A DNA stretch of 64,000 nucleotides from an uncultured Actinomycetes bacterium (GTDB lineage Bacteria; Actinomycetota; Actinomycetes; Streptosporangiales; Streptosporangiaceae), in contig CAVYJW010000003.1 of assembly GCA_963768945.1 (NCBI GenBank), positions 849,586 to 913,585 of the forward strand. The letters are read 5' to 3'. The translations under genes were made by a program, and so were the position numbers. Positions 1-8,967 of the stretch are shown here, piece by piece; the first letter of the stretch is position 1; every line of letters starts with the position of its first letter. Under the pieces are notes generated by a model that did not search any database, was not told where the DNA came from, and saw only the letters and a list, made by a program, of their open reading frames with translations.

Positions 1-1
1 G

Positions 2-517
2 GCCGGGGCGCTGCGGATCGGGCGGTGGCTGGCCGGGGCGACCGAGCGGCGGATGCTGGTCTGGGTCCCCGGGGTGATCGTCTGCGCGGCGGCCCTGGTC
101 CTCCAGCTTGCGCCGCAGCAGCGGGTCCGCACGCCGCAGAGCCGGCTGTTCGACTTCGGCGGCCCGTCGCGGTACCTGGCCGCCCACGCCCAGCCGGGCG
201 ACGGCCTCCTGTTCTTCAGCAACTTCTTCCGCAAGGCCCGGCTCGGCTACCCGGCGGACTACCGGAAGGTCAGCGACTTCGCTTTGGCCGAGTCGCCCGC
301 CGCGGCCGGGAACTTCCAGGGGCGCGACAAGCCGGTGGCCACCGTCCAGTCCCTCATGCTGGGCTACCAGCGGATCTGGGTGCTGGGCCGGTCCCCGTTC
401 GCGCACCTCGCGGCCGGGCCGGTCCGCGCCGAGGACGCCGCGCTCAGGAGCGACTTTTCCCTGGCCGCCAAGCGGCACTTCCGCGGCGTCACCGTCACGC
501 TCTGGGTGCACCGTTGA
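2..517 (+). CDS. C-terminal fragment of a membrane glycosyltransferase (GT39/PMT_2-like family), 5' end outside the window
   Basis: The reading frame is open from the window edge with no stop between positions 2 and 517. The tail (YLAAHAQPGDGLLFFSNFF...YQRIWVLGRSP) resembles C-termini of actinobacterial GT39-type proteins as I remember them. Third-codon positions are GC-rich. Confidence 0.45.
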   Translation, partial: AGALRIGRWLAGATERRMLVWVPGVIVCAAALVLQLAPQQRVRTPQSRLFDFGGPSRYLAAHAQPGDGLLFFSNFFRKARLGYPADYRKVSDFALAESPAAAGNFQGRDKPVATVQSLMLGYQRIWVLGRSPFAHLAAGPVRAEDAALRSDFSLAAKRHFRGVTVTLWVHR

Positions 518-570
518 ACTGGGTGCACCGTTGATCATCACGCCCGCGCGGACGGGCCACCCCGCCTGGC

Positions 571-1035
571 TCAGGACGATTCGGCGATCTTCTTGATCGC
601 GGCGAGGGTGAGCGGGATGCCCCGGTGCGCGGCCTCCGTGCGGGCGGTGATCTCCGCCTCCGCGTCGTCTCCATATCGCTCATGGAACCGGGCGATGCCC
701 GCGGGGAGAAACTCCCACGACTCAGTAACCTCGGTGCCCCCGGCAACCGGGGCGAACGAGTAACCCCAGTGCACCCACGCCCCGCCCACGGCGAACGCGA
801 ACTCCCGGCCGGGCTCTGCGGTCACGACCTGGGAACGGGTCTCCCAGGTTCGCTCGGGCAGCTCATTGCGGCCGGTGAACCAGGCGCCCGCCCAGGGCCC
901 GGCGCCCTCATCCCACCAGCAGCCGGTGCAGATGGGACTCCACTCCCCCATCCGGGTCACGTCGGAGATCATGTCGTAGAGGAATTCCGCGGGGCGGGCG
1001 ATGACGATCGACTCGGCGTACCGCAGGCTGCTCAT
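571..1035 (-). CDS. SRPBCC (START/polyketide-cyclase fold) family protein
   Basis: Start taken at the internal ATG 1035 (MSSLRYAESIVIARPAEFLYDMISDVTRMGEWSP...), which is a typical SRPBCC N-terminus. The upstream part of the 199-aa ORF is Arg/Gly-rich junk. Confidence 0.7.
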   Translation of the reverse strand: MSSLRYAESIVIARPAEFLYDMISDVTRMGEWSPICTGCWWDEGAGPWAGAWFTGRNELPERTWETRSQVVTAEPGREFAFAVGGAWVHWGYSFAPVAGGTEVTESWEFLPAGIARFHERYGDDAEAEITARTEAAHRGIPLTLAAIKKIAESS

Positions 1036-1275
1036 CCGTCCAGTATTGCCCGTGGCCGACGTTGCCGGCGCCGGTGTCCTCCCGCGGCTCGATCTCCCCT
1101 GGCCGGCAAGCCGGGCCCCCTGGAGCCCGGTCCGGCGGTGAGTTCCCGTAGCCGTGCTCGTCATAGCCACCGAATGCGAAGTGGGGCAGCGTTATAGGTT
1201 CGCGGTCGGGGTCGCGCTGCCGATAGGTTCGGGACGCTGGGCGATAACGACCGGGGGCCCGCACAGGAGGAAGCA

Positions 1276-2310
1276 GTGACAGAGACGAGCACGGGGCCGG
1301 CCATTCTGGTGGAGGGCCTGACCAAGTCGTTCGGGGATGTGCACGCGCTGCGCGGCATCGACCTGTCCGTGCCCCGCGGCACGGTGCTCGGAGTGCTCGG
1401 ACCGAACGGCGCGGGCAAGACTACTGCGGTCCGGATCCTCACCACCTTGCTCCAGCCGGATGGCGGGCGGGCCCTGGTCGAGGGGCGCGACGTGGTGCGG
1501 GACGCCGCCGCGGTCCGCCGGTCGATCGGGCTGTCCGGGCAGTCCGCGGCCATCCAGGAAGAGCTCACCGGGCGGGAGAACCTCGAGCTGATCGGGCGGC
1601 TCTATCACCTCAGCTGGCCGGATGCCCGCAGCCGGGCGACCGAGCTGCTGCAGCAGTTCGATCTGACCGATGCTGCTGACCGGGCGGCCAAGAACTATTC
1701 CGGGGGCATGCAGCGCCGCCTGGACCTGGCGGCCAGCCTGGTTGGGCGGCCGCAGGTGCTGTTTCTCGACGAGCCGACCACGGGCCTGGACCCGCGGTCC
1801 CGGCTGGGCATGTGGGACATCATCCGCTCGCTGGTGGCCGGTGGCTCGACGCTGCTGCTCACCACGCAGTACCTGGACGAGGCTGATGAGCTGGCGGACG
1901 AGATCGTAGTCATCGACCACGGGCTGGTCATCGCGGCGGGCACGTCCGAAGAGCTGAAGAGCCGGGTCGGCGGTGACGTACTTGAGTTCTCGGTGCCCGA
2001 CCGGGCCAGGATCGGCGACGCGGCGGCAGTGGTCGCCAAGCTCGGCGAGAGCGAGCCGCACGTGGACGAGGAGACGGGAGTGATCAACATGGGGGTCGGG
2101 GGGCGCGGTTCCGAGGCGCTCATCGAGGCCGTGCGCGGGCTGGACAGCGCAGGCGTTCCGATCCAGGGGCTGGCTCTGCGCCGGCCCTCGCTGGACGACG
2201 TCTTCCTGGCGCTGACCGGGCACGCCGCCGAAGAGGACGGGCAACCCGCGTCCGGCCGCCGCGGCCGCCGCCGGTCCGGCAAGAAAGACACCGCGAGGGC
2301 CGCCTCATGA
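1276..2310 (+). CDS. ABC transporter ATP-binding protein (DrrA/daunorubicin-resistance-like, ABC-2 type)
   Basis: Walker A GPNGAGKT, signature YSGGMQRRL, Walker B VLFLDEPT. AGGAGG lies 5 nt before GTG 1276. The stop overlaps the next gene's ATG (ATGA at 2307-2310). Confidence 0.9.
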   Translation: MTETSTGPAILVEGLTKSFGDVHALRGIDLSVPRGTVLGVLGPNGAGKTTAVRILTTLLQPDGGRALVEGRDVVRDAAAVRRSIGLSGQSAAIQEELTGRENLELIGRLYHLSWPDARSRATELLQQFDLTDAADRAAKNYSGGMQRRLDLAASLVGRPQVLFLDEPTTGLDPRSRLGMWDIIRSLVAGGSTLLLTTQYLDEADELADEIVVIDHGLVIAAGTSEELKSRVGGDVLEFSVPDRARIGDAAAVVAKLGESEPHVDEETGVINMGVGGRGSEALIEAVRGLDSAGVPIQGLALRRPSLDDVFLALTGHAAEEDGQPASGRRGRRRSGKKDTARAAS

Positions 2311-3138
2311 CCAGCATCACCGTTCCCGCCGCCCAGCCCCCGGCCGGGGACCCGGGCCTGCTCACCCGGGTTCGCTGGGGGGTGAGCGACACGCTGACCA
2401 TCGCCCGCCGGAACCTGCTGGTCTGGATGCGCGTGCCCGCCTACATCGTGTTCACCGTGATCCAGCCGGTCATGTTCGTGCTGTTGTTCGCCTTCGTGTT
2501 CGGTGGCGCGATCCCGGTCAAGGGCACGACCTACGTCAACTACCTGATGCCCGGGATCATCGGGCAGACCGCGGCGTTCGCCAGCTTCGGCACGGCCATA
2601 GCCCTGGCTCAGGAGCTGAAGAAGGGCGTGATCGACCGGCTGCGGTCGATGCCGATGGCCCGCTCTGCGGTGCTGGCCGGCGCTGGTCGCCGACACCGGG
2701 CGGATGCTGCTGACCATCCTGATCATCGTCGCCGTGGGCTACGCGGTTGGTTTCCGCTTCCATAACGGCTTCGGGCCGGCTGTCGCCATGGTCGTGCTGG
2801 CCACCGTGTTCGGCCTGTCTATCTGCGTGATCGCGGCGTTCACGGGGCTGGCCATCGGGGATGAGGAGTCGGTGCAGGCGTTCGGCCTGATCTGGCTGTT
2901 CCCGCTCACCTTCGTGAGCTCGGCTTTCGTGCCGATCCAGAGCATGCCGGGCTGGCTGCAGGCCTTCGCCAAACACCAGCCGGTCACCGCAGTGGTCAAC
3001 ACCATGCGTGCCCTCGCCCTGGGCGAGCCCTTCTCAGCCAACCTCACGGCTGACCTGTTGCGGAGCATCGCCTGGCTGGCCGGCATCTTCATCGTGTTCG
3101 TGCCCCTCGCGATCCGCGCCTACCGCCGGGCCGGCTGA
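2307..3138 (+). pseudogene. ABC-2 type transporter permease (DrrB-like), reading frame broken near 2680
   Basis: ORF 2307..2765 carries the N-terminal half (...RLRSMPMARSAVLAG). ORF 2704..3138, whose frame is open from 2632, carries the C-terminal half (LVADTGRMLLTILIIVAVGY...). The two join by a +1 shift at about 2676-2690. Confidence 0.75.
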
Positions 3139-3228
3139 GTTCCCTGCCCGGCTGGGGCCGAGCAGGCTGGGGATCCTTTCCGCCCGGCCACGCCAACCAG
3201 GCCGGGTGGCCGATCAGGCCAGGTGCTA

Positions 3229-3450
3229 TTAGGCAGCGAGGCGGGCGGCCAGGATGCGGCGGATGTCCGCCGTCTCCTCCTCACTGTGCCGGTCGAGGAT
3301 CGCGCCCAGGTCGTTCAGGTCGGCCTGCGAGGTGTAGCCGGACAGGTCGTGCTCGAGGGCCTTGCGTGCGGCGCGTGCCGCGCGGGCGTCCCGAAGCTCG
3401 TCCCGGACGGTGGCCCACAGCTGGGTGACGGGCGAACTGTTGGTGTCCAT
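3229..3450 (-). CDS. small hypothetical protein (73 aa)
   Basis: GGGAAGG Shine-Dalgarno about 5 nt upstream of ATG 3450. GC3 is high. I recognise no domain. Confidence 0.55.
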   Translation of the reverse strand: MDTNSSPVTQLWATVRDELRDARAARAARKALEHDLSGYTSQADLNDLGAILDRHSEEETADIRRILAARLAA

Positions 3451-3701
3451 GTTCCTTCCCTAAGGGCTGAGGTCTTCGATATCTAGTGTCACTGACAAGC
3501 ATTCATGCGTCCAATGAGAAGAAATCAACTAATCCATGAGAGCTTGTCATGTATGGCCGTCAGCTGGCACAACGTGCTGCGACCCCCAGCTGGGGCCCAT
3601 GAACTCGGGGCCGAGCCGCGCTAACTTAGTTCATCGGAGCATGCGGCCGGGCCTCCGCTGCTGGCCACGGGATGGCCCGCCCGGCCACGCTAGGGGGGAT
3701 C

Positions 3702-4370
3702 ATGGATAAGGACCTGGTCGACCGCGTCATCGACACCGCCCAGCGGGTCGTGGCCAGCGGGGCGATCTCCGCGAACGGGCACGGGAACGTCAGCCTGCGC
3801 GTGCCCGGGGCCGCGGAGATGTACTTCACCGCGGGCCCCTCGCTGCGCAACCACGCGGCCGACGCGGTGGTGCGGGTCGCGCTGGATGGAACGTTGCTGG
3901 AAGGTGCGCTACCGCCCATCCAGGGTGCGGTCGTGGCCATGCACACGGCCATGTACGCCGACCAGCCTGGGGTCGGCTGCGTGGTGCACACCCACTCCCC
4001 GTACGCGACGGCCTACGCCGTGGCCCGGCGGCCGATCGGCTGCTGGGTCGAGGCCCTGGCGATGTTCGGACTGGCCGCCGGGGTTCCCGTCGCGGAATAC
4101 GGGCCCCGCGGGTCGGAGCAGGCGATCGCGGGTATCCGGGCGGCGGTCATCCCGGGGGTGCCCGCGGTGCTCCTGGCCAACCATGGCGTGCTGGTCTTCC
4201 ACCGTTCCCCGGAACTGGCAATCACGGTCGGCGGCGTGGTCGAAGAGGCCGCACAGGCTGGCATCAATGCGGCCGCGCTGGGCGGCCCGGTCGAGATCGC
4301 GGAGAACCTGCGGGTTGCGGCGCTTCAGCGCAGCATGACCTTTGCTGACCGGGGCACAGTGCGCGCTTAG
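3702..4370 (+). CDS. class II aldolase/adducin family protein
   Basis: Motifs ANGHGNVS and VVHTHSPYATA are typical of the class II aldolase fold. A GGGGGG run lies 3 nt before ATG 3702. Alternative start at 3672. Confidence 0.8.
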   Translation: MDKDLVDRVIDTAQRVVASGAISANGHGNVSLRVPGAAEMYFTAGPSLRNHAADAVVRVALDGTLLEGALPPIQGAVVAMHTAMYADQPGVGCVVHTHSPYATAYAVARRPIGCWVEALAMFGLAAGVPVAEYGPRGSEQAIAGIRAAVIPGVPAVLLANHGVLVFHRSPELAITVGGVVEEAAQAGINAAALGGPVEIAENLRVAALQRSMTFADRGTVRA

Positions 4371-4415
4371 GGACCCGCGCGCTCAGCGACCCGTGCGCTC
4401 AGGGATCCGCGCGCG

Positions 4416-4958
4416 TTAGACCGACGGGTCGGGGATCACCCCATGCACCCAGCGCCTGAGCCTCGTCGAGGCCGGGGCGGCGGGGGCCGTCTCCGGTTCG
4501 CCGTCCGTCTCTGGCGGCCTTGGCAAGCCGTTGATCAGCAGTTCGGCCTCGGCTGCGGCCACGCCCAGTACGACGATCGGGTCACCGCACTCCACCCGGA
4601 GCCGAACCGGGGCGCCCGTCCCGTACGGGCACTCGCGCCGGGTGAACTCACCAAGCTTCGCCCTGGCCATGGCGGATGCCGCCTCGCCCATGCCCGGCGG
4701 CACGACGCGGACGATCTCGAGCAGGGCATTACGCTGTCTGGCCTGGGACGCGGCCTGCCGGAGGGCGTCGCCCGAGTCCGGGGAGCCGTCCACCACGACC
4801 ACGACCACGCGGCGAGGAGAAGGCGGCTGCGCCGACTGCGCTGGTGCCTGCCCGGGATGAGGCCACCCTGGATTCGGCCATCCAGGATGAGGTCGCCGGC
4901 CAGCGACTTCAGGGGAACTGCTTACCCCATGCCTGCCTGACTCGCTCATCGGGGCCAT
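4416..4958 (-). CDS. universal stress protein-like (divergent), Pro/Gly-rich N-terminus
   Basis: Internal start ATG 4958 is preceded by GGAGACGAGG. The core VVVVVVDGSPDSGDALRQA...IVVLG is USP-like. The remainder of the 339-aa ORF overlaps the 3' end of the next gene and looks non-coding. Confidence 0.5.
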   Translation of the reverse strand: MAPMSESGRHGVSSSPEVAGRRPHPGWPNPGWPHPGQAPAQSAQPPSPRRVVVVVVDGSPDSGDALRQAASQARQRNALLEIVRVVPPGMGEAASAMARAKLGEFTRRECPYGTGAPVRLRVECGDPIVVLGVAAAEAELLINGLPRPPETDGEPETAPAAPASTRLRRWVHGVIPDPSV

Positions 4959-5080
4959 CCTCGTCTCCTCTGCCCGCCACGTGCTGCCTTCTGTCTTCAG
5001 GCTGCCGCACGGCGGGCACCCTGGGGCAGAGGTCGTAGGCCCTGGCGAACCAGGACCTCGGACACCGTAGGAGTGGCGGC

Positions 5081-6817
5081 TCAGGCGGGTGGACCGGCGG
5101 CCGGAGCCAGCCCGGCGCCGCCCGGTACCGCGTGCTCCGGTCCGGGAGAATCCCTCACGTTCCAGCGTCCGGTCACGCAGAGCGCTACCAGCGCAATCGC
5201 CGCGGCAACCATGACCGCCGGGGCGGCGATCCGCACCGCGAAGTGGTCGGCGACCCGGAGCAGATGGCTGTGCTGGAGGTACGGGTTGCCTGGCATGTTG
5301 GAGATCGTCCCGGCGGTCAGCCGGGCCAGCACCAGCCAGTCCAGCCGCGAAGCGGGGTAGAGGACCAGCACGCAGATGAGCATCGCGTCGTACCACGGCA
5401 GCTGGTAGGGCCACAGGAACAGCCAGGCCGCACACACGGCCACGGTGGGCCGGATAGCAGGACGCGCGGCCGCGCCCGGGGGCAGCCGCCGCAAGGCCAG
5501 GATGGCCACGGCGACGACCAGGACAGTGGCAATCGTCCCGAAGTGGGAATGCCAGCTGTGGGGGAGGAACACCCGGTAGAAGTTGTCGGCACTGCTCTGG
5601 TTACGCCGGCTGAGCAGCGCCCGGACCGCGGGCATCCCGAAGTAGGCGTAGCTGGGCACGAGCACCGCGAGCGCGGCGCCGCCCGCCAGGGCCAGGGCCG
5701 GCAGGGACCGGCGCAGGGCCCAGGCCGCGCCCACGCCAAACAGCACGTAGTCGATCTTGATGTCGGCGGCGATGCCGAGGAGAGCGCCCGCCGCCGCGAC
5801 CCGCCATAGGCCAGGCCGGGCCGCGTCATGCTGCTCACCGAGCACCAGCAGCCCGAGCAGGCCCGCCATGACCGCCAGCACGTCCAGGTGCCCGGCCGCG
5901 ACCAGGTCCCACAGCAGCAGGGGGTTGACCGTCCAGAGCAGGTGGGCGCGCAGGCGCTGGGCCGGCTTGTGCCGCAGCAGGCGGTCCAGGACCAGGGCGA
6001 CGACCGCGAACGCGGCCGAGTTGCACAGCTTGAGCCAGAACGTGATCCGGGCCGCGGAGGCGCCCCCCAGCTTGGCCGCCACGAACTGCTCCATGGTGGC
6101 CAGCGGGCCGTAGACGCTCACGTAGTGGTCCCAGATGCGGGGGATCGAGTGGGCGAACGCGTTGTGCAAATCACGCAGGTGCGCCGGGGTGGTCACGTAC
6201 GGGCTGTGGCCGAGGACCATGAGCCGCCCGTAAGTCGCGTAGTCCAGTGCGTCCGTTGAGCCGGCGGGCGGCAGGACGGTCAGCACCGCCACGGTGATCA
6301 GGCCGGCGATGAGCAGAACCCGGGCACTCAGCCGGGCCCCGTGGTGGATGGCGAGCAGGCCCGCCGCCACACCGCCGGCGCCAAGCAGGGCGGCCAGCCA
6401 CAGCCCGTAGGTGACCAGGTCCGCCGACACATGCCTGACCGCTATCTCCCACGGCGGCCCAGCGGCCGGCATCACCACGGGTGGCAGCATCCAGCCGCCG
6501 CGCACCAGGGAGACGGCGACCATGATCAGGATGGCGATGCCGATCCCGGCCGCGGCCAGAATCGTGAGCTCGCGGCCCTGGCGCGAGGGGATGTTGACGG
6601 CGGGTTTGTGAGCAGTGGGCTCGTGAGCAGTGGGTTCGTGGGCGGCCGGTTCGTGAGCGGCGGGTTCGTGGGCGGCCGGTTCGTGGGCGGCCGGTTCGTG
6701 AGCCAGACCGGGGGCCAGGGCCGCGAAACCGGAGCCCTGGCGGGCCGCCGGGGTCTCCGGATCGGCCTGCGGCTCCGGGGCAGGAATCTCCCCGGTGGCG
6801 CTGGTGTCGCTGCTCAT
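5081..6817 (-). CDS. polytopic membrane glycosyltransferase, MptB/GT87 (DUF2029)-like mannosyltransferase
   Basis: More than 10 predicted TM segments. The loop STDALDYATYGRLMVLGHSPY...YGPLATMEQ resembles polyprenol-P-mannose-dependent mannosyltransferases. The N-terminus carries a HEPAA repeat. Confidence 0.6.
   Translation of the reverse strand: MSSDTSATGEIPAPEPQADPETPAARQGSGFAALAPGLAHEPAAHEPAAHEPAAHEPAAHEPTAHEPTAHKPAVNIPSRQGRELTILAAAGIGIAILIMVAVSLVRGGWMLPPVVMPAAGPPWEIAVRHVSADLVTYGLWLAALLGAGGVAAGLLAIHHGARLSARVLLIAGLITVAVLTVLPPAGSTDALDYATYGRLMVLGHSPYVTTPAHLRDLHNAFAHSIPRIWDHYVSVYGPLATMEQFVAAKLGGASAARITFWLKLCNSAAFAVVALVLDRLLRHKPAQRLRAHLLWTVNPLLLWDLVAAGHLDVLAVMAGLLGLLVLGEQHDAARPGLWRVAAAGALLGIAADIKIDYVLFGVGAAWALRRSLPALALAGGAALAVLVPSYAYFGMPAVRALLSRRNQSSADNFYRVFLPHSWHSHFGTIATVLVVAVAILALRRLPPGAAARPAIRPTVAVCAAWLFLWPYQLPWYDAMLICVLVLYPASRLDWLVLARLTAGTISNMPGNPYLQHSHLLRVADHFAVRIAAPAVMVAAAIALVALCVTGRWNVRDSPGPEHAVPGGAGLAPAAGPPA
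6608..6704. repeat. 15-bp tandem repeat, about 6.5 copies (GTGRGCRGYGGGYTC), encoding (AAHEP)n at the N-terminus of the GT87-like gene
   Basis: Read directly from the sequence. Unit boundaries at 6608, 6623, 6638, 6653, 6668, 6683 and 6698. Confidence 0.9.
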
Positions 6818-7113
6818 TGTCCCCTGGCGGTCGGTGCGCGGCTGATCAGTGAGTGCCAGACGCAGATGACGACCGGCAGAGGCGAGAATAGCCGGAACTC
6901 CCGCATGAATAGGACAGAAACTAAAGATCCGTGCCCAGGCTAACTATTGTTCTGTATCCGCAATGCATTGCCTCATGACTTGGCAAGAACTGGCACGGTT
7001 ACCAAAATCCGGGTTCCTCATTACCCTCAGGCGGGGATCGGCGGGTGGGATAAAAGTGACTCGTGAGGCCAGAGGGGCAGGCGCAGCAGGAGCAAGCGGC
7101 CCGGGCAACCCGG

Positions 7114-8506
7114 CTACCGGCGGACCGCTCCGGTGACCAGCCACTGCGACGACCGCGCGCGCAGGGTGAGCGTGACGAAGCGGGCCACCAGCCAGAGGCT
7201 GAACGCCAGCCACAACGCGACCCGCATGGTGGGCGATCACCAGCGTCGCGCCGACCGCGAACACTCCGGCCGCCGCCAGCCCGGCCAGCGCCAGGTAGTC
7301 CTGGTCGCCGGCGCCGATCAGCACGCCGTCGAGCACGAACACGACCCCGGCCACCGGCTGCTGAGCCGCGGCCACCAGCAGCACGGCGGGCAGCAGCCGC
7401 CGCACGTCCGGTGCGGCCGAGAAGACGGCGGGCAGCAGCGGGATGGCCGCGACCAGCACGATCCCGAACATCACCCCGTAGACCACGCCCCAGCCGATCA
7501 TCCGGTTGGTCGCGGCCCGGGCACCCGTCACATCCCCTGCCCCCAGGCACCGCCCCGTGATGGCCTGGCCCGCGATCGCGATGGCGTCCAGCGCGAAGGC
7601 GAGCAGGGTCCAGGCCCGGAACGCGATCTGGTGCGCGGCGATGGCCGCGTTCCCCTGCCGGGCGGCGACCGCGGTGACCACGATCAGCACTGCCTGCAAC
7701 GCGATCGTGCGCACCACCAGGGACACCCCGGTGACGGCGGCCGTCCGCAGGCCGGTGAGATCGGGGGCGAGCCCCACCCCGGCCCGCCGGGCGCCCCGGG
7801 CGACCATGGCCAGGTATGCGGCGGCCGCCGCGGTCTGCGCGCAGACCGTGCCCCAGGCTGAGCCTGCGATGCCCCAGTGCATGCCGAGCACCAGGAACGC
7901 GTTCAGGGCCACGTTGACGACGTTGGCCGCCACCGCGACGGTCAGCGGCGTCCGGGTGTCCTGCAATCCGCGCAGCACCCCGGTACCGGCCAGTACCACG
8001 AGCATGGAGGGCGCGCCGAGCAGGCTTATGTGCAGGTACGTGGCGGCCTCCCCGGTCACGCCGGGCGAGCCACCGAACCCGTGCACGATCTGCGGCGCCA
8101 GCGGCCAGCCGACGGCCAGGACCACCACGCCGATGATGCCCGCCAGCCAGAGGCCCTCGATGCCCTGGCGGATCGCGGCTTCCGGATGGCCCGCGCCGAG
8201 CTGGCGTGCCACCGCGGCCGTGGTCCCGTAGGCCAGGAAGATCGAGATGCCGACCAGGGTGGTGAGGGCCTGGCTGGCCACGCCGAGCCCGCCGAGCGGG
8301 GTGGTGCCGAGCCGCCCGACGATCGCCGAGTCCGCGAACAGGAAAAGCGGCTCCGCGACCAGCGCACCGAAGGCCGGCACAGCGAGCCGCAGTATTTCCG
8401 CGTCGTGCGGGCTCTGTCGCGCAGGCAGGAGCCGGCGCCGGCGGAGCTGGCCGGGCGAAGGACTGGGCGCGGGGAACGGCGGCGCCGGTGCGGGCATGGC
8501 CCGCAT
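7114..8506 (-). pseudogene. MATE family efflux transporter (DinF-like), frame broken near 7221-7237
   Basis: The 520-aa ORF is MATE-like up to ...GATLVIAHH and then becomes nonsense. The adjacent frame encodes a typical MATE C-terminus, RVALWLAFSLWLVARFVTLTLRARSSQWLVTGAVRR, ending at TAG 7114-7116. Confidence 0.75.
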
Positions 8507-8733
8507 GGTAATTGCGACAATTATCTACTTGCAAACTTTTTGCAGCTCGCCGCCGGGGGCCCGAAAGCCCCGGTCTGCGGCTAAACCCGGATGCCCGGCT
8601 GGCGAGGCCCGGTGCCCGGCAAGCCGGGCAATTGGCGGGGTCTGCTGCCCGGCGAGCGGGGGTCGCAGCCAGGCGGGCGTCCACCCGGTCCGGCCCCGCT
8701 CGCCGCGCTGCCTCCGGCGTTAACGAACACTGG

Positions 8734-8820
8734 CCCGGCCGGCGAGGCCCGGCCCGCGAGAGGCCCGGCCGGCGAGGCCCGGCCCGGCCCGCGAGAGGCC
8801 CGGCCGGCGAGCCGGCCGGC
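8734..8820. repeat. intergenic GC-rich tandem repeat (units of 30 nt, 35 nt and a partial copy; core CCCGGCCGGCGAGGCCCGG)
   Basis: Units start at 8734, 8764 and 8799. A related copy lies at about 8593. The period is not a multiple of 3. Confidence 0.85.
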
Positions 8821-8865
8821 AAAACGCCGAAACGGCCGCCCAGGATATCCGGGCCGCCGTTTCGG
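8821..8865 (-). terminator. intrinsic terminator-like hairpin with a U-tract, read on the minus strand
   Basis: Arms at 8827-8841 and 8851-8865 pair at 14 of 15 positions, with a 9-nt loop. On the minus strand the hairpin is followed by CGTTTTG. It lies downstream of the serine hydrolase stop at 9036. Confidence 0.5.
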
Positions 8866-8929
8866 CCGGGTGTGATTACTTCGCCGGCGTATTTATCGTT
8901 TCTGGCCGCATCAGCCGCGGTCTGCGACC

Positions 8930-8967
8930 GCAATGAGTCCTTTCCGCCGAGGCGGAAAGGACATTGC
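8930..8967. other. strong palindromic hairpin (12-bp perfect stem plus a 5-bp outer stem with a 2-nt bulge)
   Basis: GTCCTTTCCGCC (8937-8948) pairs with GGCGGAAAGGAC (8951-8962). The outer stem is GCAAT (8930-8934) with ATTGC (8963-8967). Confidence 0.6.

Noticed and set aside
3506-3622. A 38-codon ORF in the AT-rich region upstream of the aldolase gene.
   Set aside because: Codon usage is atypical for this genome and there is no clear RBS. It is kept only as a remark in the finding for that region.
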